From: Lachnospiraceae bacterium | GTDB lineage: Bacteria > Bacillota > Clostridia > Lachnospirales > Lachnospiraceae | Reading direction: 5' to 3' | Assembly: GCA_045122895.1 (NCBI GenBank) | Contig: JBGVIE010000008.1 | Span: forward strand, 7,602 to 71,601 | Length of the DNA: 64,000 bases | Notes under the pieces: model-generated | Database searches by the model: none | The model's input: only the letters and a program-made list of their open reading frames with translations | What the model was told of the DNA's origin: nothing | Program-made: the position numbers and the translations under genes | Shown here: one piece after another, positions 48,001-55,348 of the stretch | Position numbering within the stretch: position 1 is the stretch's first letter | Layout of the letters: each line of letters starts with the position of its first letter

Positions 48001-48591
48001 GTCTGAAACCGATAAAGTAACATTGTTTTTTTTCTTAATTCCCACTAAGAATTCTTCGAGTGCCTGTTTCTTATCTTTTGAATTGATTACTCCATCATAA
48101 AGTGCCTGACCATACAAGTCATCTCTTAAGAAAATATCCTTAAATTCCGGCGAAATAAAAATCTTTATCGCTTCCTCGTAGTCATTTTTCATAAGTCCCG
48201 CAAACTGGAATAAGTCGTTTATTTCTCCAACTGAAACATTTATCTTTGGACACACAACTTTAAAGGAGTACCTTAGTATTCCTTCTCCTCCATCGCTTAC
48301 CACACAGAACTTACCATCAACTTTATCGCCTTCATTTAAAACTTCTGCATCTACCTCATACCTGATTACAATATCACTGCCAACAAACTGTCTGTTAATA
48401 ATTCTTACTGAGCGATTAGTAGTGTATACTACTCCTTTTATTTTTCTTAAATCGTCCGTTTTAATATTAAAGCTTCCCTCATACAGACTTCCTGCCGCGA
48501 CTTCGGCTTCAATCTCACTCTCTGTAAAGTCGATAACTGAGCCGTTATATTCTATTATACCTCTTGATAGTTTTCCTACCAGTTCCTTCAT
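45031..48591 (-). CDS. 1186-aa protein: N-terminal beta-sandwich modules, long helical-repeat body, C-terminal beta domain; unknown function (1st gene)
   Basis: Uninterrupted ORF starting 5 nt after the rarA stop. No signal peptide, TM segment, P-loop or metal-protease motif seen. Confidence 0.85.
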   Translation of the reverse strand: MKELVGKLSRGIIEYNGSVIDFTESEIEAEVAAGSLYEGSFNIKTDDLRKIKGVVYTTNRSVRIINRQFVGSDIVIRYEVDAEVLNEGDKVDGKFCVVSDGGEGILRYSFKVVCPKINVSVGEINDLFQFAGLMKNDYEEAIKIFISPEFKDIFLRDDLYGQALYDGVINSKDKKQALEEFLVGIKKKNNVTLSVSDSNREYVNLTQPNSDVVVISKDVAGYVDIKVDVRGDFITNCKTRITSDDFAGSNYEYKYLIDTDRLHDGMNYGTIIFQTVFQSLTLQISVDNTHDYSVEKREVKKCIRRLMKMYIDFRCRRYTADVWSEKSLSIIERARGFDDSYDFLKLIQAQIYLTRNKEAEAAWLLDSVANNILDNVDDNLELYCYYLYVRTLQRRDHVMTNDIFLKIKSYYDGGYDSWRILWILLYLDNSYESNVSLKVARIKEQFNKGCYSPLMYYEAINVFNKQPQLLRVINDFELQVLMFGCKYEIIEEKLAIHVAELALLEKNFRPIMFKVLTYFYDMFGKKEILNAICSVLIRSNITGSKYFKWYAEGVKRELNLTRLYEYYMFTISDRSMELLPNIIYMYFVYNGNLLFHRESYLYANIIHNKEKIPNIYKNYKANMERFALDNLSRGNMNRNLAIVYREFLQGSVIKDEIAKNLPHILATHELICDNKNMCKVIVIHKEIASEKVYVLRDGIANIEIFTEDAIVMAEDMEGNRHFKTVNFAIRKLLDNNSLMSMCEGKCDDDIYYVAAITEQFLKYHNSSGNTINTFKNIMQMDRFRYSFKKSIMKDIIDYYYENYDGDELDDYLKSIDLDEIDLESRIKVIELLIMRGLYEESYEAVKNYGYVQMAPGKLLKLVSRYLVLVSSESDELLTELAAFAFVKGKYNESTLSYLCENYNGITKDMIEIWKAGIDYSVESRDLEERLIAQILFSRAHTGYLVDIFDSYEKKGANETVKKAYYFYVSYNYFVKEKPVNDKFFIQLERELLIQAKSHDILHELCKIAYLRYVCDLKEPQKKQIDLSRKLLVDMSDKNINFEFFKRFGKWFEIPDSVAMKAVIEYRTSPDCEVYIHYNTEKGAVSDHYERSQMESKFKGIYTKELPIFYGENIRYYITEENLRGTNITESENYYLGDDIVCVNNTAYGMINDILRCMDMKEETTVRELTKEYYINLNVAKKAFDIL

Positions 48592-48596
48592 CCCGG

Positions 48597-49958
48597 TTAT
48601 ACCTCTTCATCTTTATTAATATATTTGAAATACTCTTTAATCTCTCTCTCATATCCATTATCCGTAGGAGTATAAAATATTCTGTCTTTAAGCTCGTCCG
48701 GAAGATATTGCTGTTTTACATAGTGCTTATCATAATCATGTGCATATTTATATCCGACACCGTGGTTTAATTCCTCTGCTCCCTTATACGAACCAACCTT
48801 AAGATATGATGGTATATCATAAGTTTTCTCTTTCTCTACAACTCTCAGTGCCTCGTTAATGGCATTGTAAGCTGAATTGCTCTTTGGTGCGCTTGCCACA
48901 TATATCGCCGCCTGTGCAAGTGGTATTCTTGCCTCCGGCATACCAAGCTGATGAACAGCCTGTGCACACGCTACTGCCACCTTCAATGCCAGTGGATCTG
49001 CAAGCCCTACATCTTCTGCAGCACATATCATTATTCGTCTCGCAATGAATGTAACACTTTCCCCCGCATACAACATTCTTGCCAGATAATAAACTGCTGC
49101 CTGGGGATCTGAACCTCGCATACTCTTTATAAAAGCTGAAATAGTATCATAATGATTGTCACCATCTTTGTCATACAATACATTTCTTCTCTGAATGCAT
49201 TCAGATGCCACTTCTGTAGTAATCCTTATCTTCCCATCTTCACCTGGAGCAGTAGTGAGCACACCAAGCTCAACTGCGTTGAGTGCACATCTGGCATCAC
49301 CGTTTGATGCATCCGCAAGAAAATTAACCGCATCGTCATCGATTACTGCACCATAAGCACCAAGACCCTTTTTCTCATCTGTCACCGCTCTTATAATCAA
49401 TTTCTTAATATCATCTGCATCCAGCGGCTTTAATTCAAACACTGCCGACCTTGATATCAAAGCCCTGTTAACTTCAAAATATGGATTCTCTGTTGTAGCC
49501 CCAATTAACACAACAGTCCCATCCTCAACAAACGGGAGTAAATAATCCTGCTGCGCCTTATTAAATCTATGTATCTCATCCACGAACAGAATAGTCTTTC
49601 TTCCATACATAGAATAATTGTCCTTTGCCTTTGCAACCACCTCTTCCATATCCTTCTTGCCCGAGACTGTTGCATTAAGCTGTGTAAATTCACCCTTAGT
49701 AGTCGCAGCAATCACCTTGGCAAGTGTGGTCTTACCGGTTCCCGGAGGTCCGAAGAAAATAATAGACTTAAATTTGTCTGCTTTTATCGCCCTGTATAAA
49801 AGCTTATCCCTGCCTATTATGTGCTCCTGCCCAACCACCTCCTCAAGTGTTTCCGGTCTCATTCTTGAAGCAAGTGGCGACTCCTTTTGTGTGTTAGTTG
49901 TACGCATATATTCAAACAAATCCATAGCTAAATAATCTCGCCTTTCATCAAATCGCAT
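48597..49958 (-). CDS. rarA: replication-associated recombination protein A (RarA/MgsA AAA+ ATPase)
   Basis: FFGPPGTGKTTLA, ILFVDEIHRFNKAQQD and GATTENP, plus the MgsA C-terminal domain (GSDPQAAVYYLARML). Confidence 0.93.
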   Translation of the reverse strand: MRFDERRDYLAMDLFEYMRTTNTQKESPLASRMRPETLEEVVGQEHIIGRDKLLYRAIKADKFKSIIFFGPPGTGKTTLAKVIAATTKGEFTQLNATVSGKKDMEEVVAKAKDNYSMYGRKTILFVDEIHRFNKAQQDYLLPFVEDGTVVLIGATTENPYFEVNRALISRSAVFELKPLDADDIKKLIIRAVTDEKKGLGAYGAVIDDDAVNFLADASNGDARCALNAVELGVLTTAPGEDGKIRITTEVASECIQRRNVLYDKDGDNHYDTISAFIKSMRGSDPQAAVYYLARMLYAGESVTFIARRIMICAAEDVGLADPLALKVAVACAQAVHQLGMPEARIPLAQAAIYVASAPKSNSAYNAINEALRVVEKEKTYDIPSYLKVGSYKGAEELNHGVGYKYAHDYDKHYVKQQYLPDELKDRIFYTPTDNGYEREIKEYFKYINKDEEV

Positions 49959-50006
49959 AATTATTGATATTATACCACAGTCATACGATTATTTCAGTAA
50001 CTATTT

Positions 50007-50148
50007 GCAACTGTTCAGAGCTAAGCATATTTTTACATTTAAACGTGATGAATGCTTGCATTCGTGAACGTTTAAATGTAAAAATATATTTGGCGGATAC
50101 GCCACACCGAGAAAACGACAGTTTTCGAGGTTAGCTCTGAACAGTTAC
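50007..50148. repeat. ~140-bp nested-hairpin intergenic element (family C)
   Basis: Outer 16-bp stem: 50009-50024 with 50131-50146. Inner 19-bp stem: 50027-50045 with 50069-50087. Further small hairpins at 50092-50104 and about 50109-50129. It lies between the ABC ATPase stop and the rarA start. Confidence 0.7.
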
Positions 50149-50150
50149 AA

Positions 50151-50921
50151 TTATTTTATTAATCTAAGTCCAAGTTTATCTGAATATTCGCTAAAAATGT
50201 TTTTCTCAATATGATACAGTCTGCTTATAAAATCAAGTGTAAATACTTCTTCTATCCCGGCGAACTTAATCACTTCTCCTTTGTCCACACAAATCACCTT
50301 ATCCGCAATAATTCTTACAAGCTCAAGCTCATGAAGTGACATCACAACTGTCATTCCACTATCTGCCATATCCTTTAAAATCTCTAATATCTCTATTTTG
50401 TGCTTTATGTCAAGAAAAGAAGTTGGCTCATCAAGGACTATTATGTCCGGTTTCTGGCAAATAGCCATTGCCAGCTTAATCTTTTGCTTCTGTCCGTCAC
50501 TTATCCTTGAAAAATCTTCATTCTTTAAATCATATGCGTTTACCATTTTTAATGCTTTTTCTATCTCTGCTCTATCCTCCATACCAAGTGTACCGAATTT
50601 GTTTGTATATGGATATCTCCCCTGACTTACAATATCGTAACAGCTTGTCATATCTACACTTATTCTGTCAGTGGACACATACGCCATAGTCTTTGCAAGC
50701 TCTGTCTGATGAATACTATCAATATCCGCATCAAGAATTTTAATATCACCACTTATTCTTTTCAACTGCTTTGTAATGCTCTTTAAAATAGTTGATTTAC
50801 CGGCTCCGTTAGGACCGATAAGCGCTACTATTTCACCTTTTTGTATATCGATATTTATATTCTTTATTATTGTTTTTTTTCCATATCCTACTTCTAAATC
50901 AGACGTGTTAATTCTAATCAT
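50151..50921 (-). CDS. ABC transporter ATP-binding protein (FecE/BtuD-type)
   Basis: Walker A GPNGAGKST, signature SDGQKQ, Walker B IIVLDEPTSFLD. Confidence 0.9.
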   Translation of the reverse strand: MIRINTSDLEVGYGKKTIIKNINIDIQKGEIVALIGPNGAGKSTILKSITKQLKRISGDIKILDADIDSIHQTELAKTMAYVSTDRISVDMTSCYDIVSQGRYPYTNKFGTLGMEDRAEIEKALKMVNAYDLKNEDFSRISDGQKQKIKLAMAICQKPDIIVLDEPTSFLDIKHKIEILEILKDMADSGMTVVMSLHELELVRIIADKVICVDKGEVIKFAGIEEVFTLDFISRLYHIEKNIFSEYSDKLGLRLIK

Positions 50922-50927
50922 TTTTCC

Positions 50928-51929
50928 CTACTTAACTCCTGAATTTCTCTTTATCATAATAACAATAACAATCGGTGCACCAAAAACTGCTGTAATTGTA
51001 CTTATACTCATCTCTGTCGGTGCAAACACTGTTCTTGCTATCAAATCACACATAAGACAAAACGATGCACCTGCCAGAAATGACGCCGGTATAATTGTTG
51101 ACGCTTTTGATGTCTTAAACATATTTCTCACAATATGAGGAACCGCAATTCCCACAAAGGACACAGGTCCTGCAAATGCTGTAACTGTGGATGACAATAT
51201 ACTTGATAATACCACAAGCATAACTCTGAGAAGTGAAACATTTACTCCAAGACTTTTGGCATAACTTTCCCCAAGCTGGTATGCTCCTATCGGCTTTGAA
51301 ATCATCATAGACAGGATAACTCCCAATATGACAGCTACAGCTATAACTTTTACATTGTCCATTGTAATCCCCGAAAAACTTCCAAGTGACCAGTTGTGAA
51401 GATTTACAATATTTGAATCATCTGCAAAGGTTACAAGGAAATCTGTTATCGCATTGCAGATATATCCAATCATAACACCACAGATAATTAACGTCGAGAC
51501 TGTGGTGACTTTTCCTGATATAATCAAAATAAACAAAACTGATATCATAGAGCCAATAAACGCTGCAATAATCATAGTTGCACTGTCAACCTTAAGTCCG
51601 TTATCAATAAAATATATCATAACGAAAGCCACTGCCATCTTTGCTCCGTGGGATATACCAAGCACAAATGGACTTGCAATGGGATTTGCAAAGAATGTCT
51701 GTAGCAAATATCCTGAAACAGACAATGCTCCGCCAAGCAAAATGGCAGCAAGTGCTCTTGGAAGACGTATATTCATAACGATTTTTCTATGTACGCCCTC
51801 CTCGCCTTTAAAGATAATATCAACAAGTTCACTGACGCTTATCTCAACGCTGCCAAGAGAAATATTCAAAACAAAAAGCATTATTAATAGCCCTGTCAAA
51901 AAGACATACCATATTTTCTTATTTTTCAT
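50928..51929 (-). CDS. FecCD/BtuC-family ABC permease
   Basis: IRLPRALAAILLGGALSVSGYLLQTFFANPIASPFVLGIS is the hallmark FecCD segment. About 9-10 TM helices. Confidence 0.9.
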   Translation of the reverse strand: MKNKKIWYVFLTGLLIMLFVLNISLGSVEISVSELVDIIFKGEEGVHRKIVMNIRLPRALAAILLGGALSVSGYLLQTFFANPIASPFVLGISHGAKMAVAFVMIYFIDNGLKVDSATMIIAAFIGSMISVLFILIISGKVTTVSTLIICGVMIGYICNAITDFLVTFADDSNIVNLHNWSLGSFSGITMDNVKVIAVAVILGVILSMMISKPIGAYQLGESYAKSLGVNVSLLRVMLVVLSSILSSTVTAFAGPVSFVGIAVPHIVRNMFKTSKASTIIPASFLAGASFCLMCDLIARTVFAPTEMSISTITAVFGAPIVIVIMIKRNSGVK

Positions 51930-53067
51930 CCTTATCCTTTACTCTAAACAAATATCTAAAATCATTATTTCCAGAAATCATATTATGCATATCAAGTATC
52001 ATATTAACAGTTCCTGTAGTCTGCTGAAACATATTTTTTGAAGTGCAGAAAACATTGTTATTCTTTACGGCAACTGAATCTTTCATCTGCGGACATTTCG
52101 TCAAAAGCTCTTCCACTGAATTTAACTCACCGTCAATTGAACTGTTATATATAAGATAATCTGCATTCATAGCTTTTTCAACAAATTCTTCCATCTGGAT
52201 ATTAATTGTTGACAATGCATTTTCATTCGTCAGGTCATCAAACACATATTCTGCACCTGCAGTTTCTATCATTTTAGCAATATAATCACCTGATTTTCTG
52301 ACATTAACCGCACCATTTGAGGTTACAAAAAAATATGCCACCTTAGGTCTTTCTCCCGAACTAATGCTTTCCTGAATCTCCTTAAGACTTTCCAATTGGT
52401 TTTCAAAAAATGCTTCTGCCTCTTTCTCCCTGCCAAAGAGTACACCATAAAACTTTATCCATTCAACCCTTCCTAACGGATGACCCTCCATACTTGATAA
52501 TTCAACAATAACAGGAATTCCCACCTCGTTTAGTTTATCCTTTACTCCCGGATTATGGTAAATCATAGTATTTTGAACAGCAATATCACAGTTTTTTTCA
52601 AGTAAAAGTTCAAAATCAGGCTCATTATACTTTCCTGCATAAAACATTTCACCATTATCAACCGCCTTCTTCGCTTTCTCTATACACAATTCATCATACT
52701 TAGTTCCGGTGAATCTGACTTTATCAGTCACACCAAGCTCACAAACCAAATCCATTGCTGATGATGACACCATATACATATTCTCAATCGGCTGTTTTAC
52801 TACCACTATATCATCATCACATTCAGGTACATCCGCTCCCTGCGGCACAACTAATATATCATCACCTTTATCTACATGAATAACTCTATATCCATCTCTA
52901 TAATAATCAACGCTAAATGCTGTTGCGTATTTCAAATCCATAGAGCCTGTCTTTTCAAGCTCTTTTATCGAAACCATATCAGTATTATTTTTTTTGCACC
53001 CGAAAAGTGCCATACAAATCATAACTATTAAAAATGTAAATATAATTTTTCTCATTCTCATATCCAT
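51919..53067 (-). CDS. ABC substrate-binding lipoprotein (BtuF/FhuD-type)
   Basis: Lipobox MALFGCKK. Class III periplasmic-binding-protein size and layout. In an operon with the FecCD permease. Confidence 0.8.
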   Translation of the reverse strand: MDMRMRKIIFTFLIVMICMALFGCKKNNTDMVSIKELEKTGSMDLKYATAFSVDYYRDGYRVIHVDKGDDILVVPQGADVPECDDDIVVVKQPIENMYMVSSSAMDLVCELGVTDKVRFTGTKYDELCIEKAKKAVDNGEMFYAGKYNEPDFELLLEKNCDIAVQNTMIYHNPGVKDKLNEVGIPVIVELSSMEGHPLGRVEWIKFYGVLFGREKEAEAFFENQLESLKEIQESISSGERPKVAYFFVTSNGAVNVRKSGDYIAKMIETAGAEYVFDDLTNENALSTINIQMEEFVEKAMNADYLIYNSSIDGELNSVEELLTKCPQMKDSVAVKNNNVFCTSKNMFQQTTGTVNMILDMHNMISGNNDFRYLFRVKDKDEK

Positions 53068-53122
53068 ATCCTATTCAAAAAAGCTGCCACAGTCATATAT
53101 GCGACAGCTTTTATTGTTACAT

Positions 53123-53983
53123 TTATTTTATTGTTGTTGAATCAAAGAATAATGTATATTCTATTTCATGTGGTTCACTCATTGCAACTGTATCTGCAAT
53201 AACAGGCATTCTGTAATCAAAACCAATTACAGGAATCTCAAATGTTGAGTCTCCACCTTCGTTAAGATTATTGTACTTAACATCATCAACCTTCATATAG
53301 TCATAATTCTTACTGCTCCACACTATAGTAGCAGTTGTCTTACCATCTTCTACCTTAAGCTTTGCAGGAGAAGATATGCCGGCTTTACCCGAGCCACCTT
53401 CAAGACTTACCTCGACTGTATATTCGCCATCCTTAAGACTTGAAATCTCTGCTACATTAATTACACCATCTGCATACGCATCTGTATCTAATGACTGTGC
53501 CTTAAAACAGAGCTTTCTATCATACCACTGCTCTTTCTTTGCACTAAATGCAGCTACATCTATAGCTTTATCAAGTGCTTCGACAGGTACTGTAAAAGTA
53601 TGTTCTTTGTTTTCATTTTCTACCGGAGTAATGAATGAAGCTTCATCTGCTTTTTCTGCCTCTTCACTTGTTCCCATATATATGTACTTATATCCGGTTC
53701 CACCCATTGTCATAACGGCACTCATCTGTCCAACCTTAACAGTGAGTGTACAGGCAGTGATATTAAACATTGATGAGCTTGATGCAACATCTATGGAATA
53801 TTCACCATCTTTAAGTTTTGAAGCTTCAATCGGTTCCATACCGGCTTCTGTCACTTCCTCCTGCTTTACAGTTGCTTCTTCTGACGTAGTTGTTTCACTC
53901 TTCTTTGAATCACTACTGTTACAGGCTACCATCATCATCACACTTATGCATACGAGTGAAAGTAAATATATTTTCTTCTTCAT
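53123..53983 (-). CDS. lipoprotein with two homologous ~110-aa beta-rich domains, unknown function
   Basis: Lipobox MMVACNSS. Internal duplication: LKDGEYSIDVASSSSMF..CTLTVKVGQMSAVMTM..YKYIYMG versus LKDGEYTVEVSLEGGSG..AKLKVEDGKTTATIVW..YDYMKVD. Confidence 0.7.
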   Translation of the reverse strand: MKKKIYLLSLVCISVMMMVACNSSDSKKSETTTSEEATVKQEEVTEAGMEPIEASKLKDGEYSIDVASSSSMFNITACTLTVKVGQMSAVMTMGGTGYKYIYMGTSEEAEKADEASFITPVENENKEHTFTVPVEALDKAIDVAAFSAKKEQWYDRKLCFKAQSLDTDAYADGVINVAEISSLKDGEYTVEVSLEGGSGKAGISSPAKLKVEDGKTTATIVWSSKNYDYMKVDDVKYNNLNEGGDSTFEIPVIGFDYRMPVIADTVAMSEPHEIEYTLFFDSTTIK

Positions 53984-53997
53984 TCTAGTAATCCTCT

Positions 53998-54987
53998 CTA
54001 TTTGATTTTTTCAATTGCAGACCTTGTGTGTTCTACAAAAATATCTCTAATCGCCTCTATTTCACCAAGTCCCTTTGTAATACATTCCACTTCATAACCT
54101 TCTGCTTCAAATGTCTTCTTCCATGTTCCTTCTTCATCACCTGCCATATCATTATTGGCATGGTCACCTGCCACTATCATAAGAGGCATAAGAACAACTT
54201 TCTTGTATCCTCCGGCTTTTACACCTGCCACTACATCATCAAGAGTAGGAGCAGCTTCTACAGTTCCTATGAAATAATTCTCATAACCGGCATTTGTTAA
54301 TGTATCCTGCATTTTAGGATATACCTGGTTAGAATCGGCAGTAGTACCATGTCCCATAAAACATATAGCTGTTTCTCCATTATCGTATTCCTTTGTGGCA
54401 TCCACAATAGCTTCCATCACTTTTCTAAAGTCATCATCTGATGTAAGAAGCGGTTCACCTATTACCACCTTCTCAAAGGCATCTGAATAATTAGCAATTT
54501 CATCTACTACATCCTTATACTCAAGACCGTTCATAAGATGTGTAGGCTGTACTACAAGCTTCTTAACTCCATTATTGCTGGCTCTGTCAAGTGCTTCCTT
54601 TACGTTGTCAATTGTTACATTATCCCTTCTCTTTACATGGTCAATTATTATCTGGCTAGTAAATCCTCTTCTAACTGAGTAATCTTTTCCAAACTCATCT
54701 TCGAGTCTCTGTTCAATTGCACCGATAGTTAATCTTCTGTTATCATTATAACTGGTTCCAAAAGATACTACCAACAGTTCGTTTTCTCCCATTCCATCTT
54801 CATTCCTTACTTTGTCCAGTGAAGCATCACCTGTGTTGTAATTTTCTTCCTCTTCCTGATCCTCATTAAGGTTAACTGCCTGTGTGGTGGTTGTGGTGTT
54901 TTCTTTCTTATCATCACTCTTTCCACATGACACGGCTGATGCTGCCATACATACGCACATCAATGTTACAAATAATTTCTTTCTCAT
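53998..54987 (-). CDS. cbiK: sirohydrochlorin cobaltochelatase CbiK homologue with lipoprotein signal peptide (exported)
   Basis: Start set at MRKKLFVTLMCVCMAASAVSCGK (ATG 54987) after AGGAGG. Core motifs: LLVVSFGTSY, HLMNGLEY, FMGHG, LMPLMIVAGDHANNDMAGD, GLGEIEAIRDIFVEH. The track's longer ORF runs back through the riboswitch. Confidence 0.85.
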   Translation of the reverse strand: MRKKLFVTLMCVCMAASAVSCGKSDDKKENTTTTTQAVNLNEDQEEEENYNTGDASLDKVRNEDGMGENELLVVSFGTSYNDNRRLTIGAIEQRLEDEFGKDYSVRRGFTSQIIIDHVKRRDNVTIDNVKEALDRASNNGVKKLVVQPTHLMNGLEYKDVVDEIANYSDAFEKVVIGEPLLTSDDDFRKVMEAIVDATKEYDNGETAICFMGHGTTADSNQVYPKMQDTLTNAGYENYFIGTVEAAPTLDDVVAGVKAGGYKKVVLMPLMIVAGDHANNDMAGDEEGTWKKTFEAEGYEVECITKGLGEIEAIRDIFVEHTRSAIEKIK

Positions 54988-55049
54988 TTTTTTACCTCCT
55001 ACTATTATGTGAACAAACCTGTCGAACCACAAAAAGAAATAAAAAATGC

Positions 55050-55342
55050 ACAAAGAAAAAAGGTCAGTATACCTGGAACGATAAACTGACATAAAACAGT
55101 ACGACCAATTCCTCGTGATCTGGATTCTTAATCCGGTACCAACAAAGTGGCAGGTTTCCTGACTTAAAGATCTTCGCATCCATCCGTCTTCCCAAATATC
55201 AATTCAGTGACTGTGCATACACACGTGGATATCAGCTCCCTTATCACAGTGACGAGATCGTACAGGTCTTTCACCTGTTTCCCTTTTAACCATTATATAC
55301 AAAGATATTTTGCACTAATGGCACCACCTGTTTATTCAACTG
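55050..55342 (-). promoter_or_regulatory. cobalamin riboswitch with intrinsic terminator
   Basis: The minus strand reads GGTGGTGCC..AAAAGGGAAACAGGTGAAAG..CACTG, then the B12 box AGTCAGGAAACCTGCCAC (complement of 55146-55165). The terminator hairpin is gtcagttta/tatactgac (55063-55090) followed by CUUUUUUCUUUG. Confidence 0.85.
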
Positions 55343-55348
55343 GCGTGA

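Noticed and set aside
41718-48591. Interpretation of the four-gene unknown operon as a horizontally acquired defence island or prophage remnant.
   Set aside because: There is no integrase, recombinase, tRNA or flanking direct repeats. The junctions with core genes (rarA, valS) are tight, and nothing I could see by eye differs from its neighbours in base composition. I keep it as a finding but not as a mobile element.
53376-54005. Long plus-strand ORFs antisense to real genes, e.g. 53376..54005 (209 aa), 51454..52041 (195 aa), 11885..12295, 26229..26642, 7527..7913, 3140..3487 and 49618..49935.
   Set aside because: All lie fully inside well-supported minus-strand genes and have the Ser/Leu/Ile/Phe-rich low-complexity composition typical of shadow frames in AT-rich DNA. 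None has an RBS or a recognisable motif.
54988-55179. 64-codon N-terminal extension of the cbiK ORF.
   Set aside because: It runs through the cobalamin riboswitch terminator and expression platform. A strong AGGAGG RBS and a canonical lipoprotein signal begin at ATG 54987.
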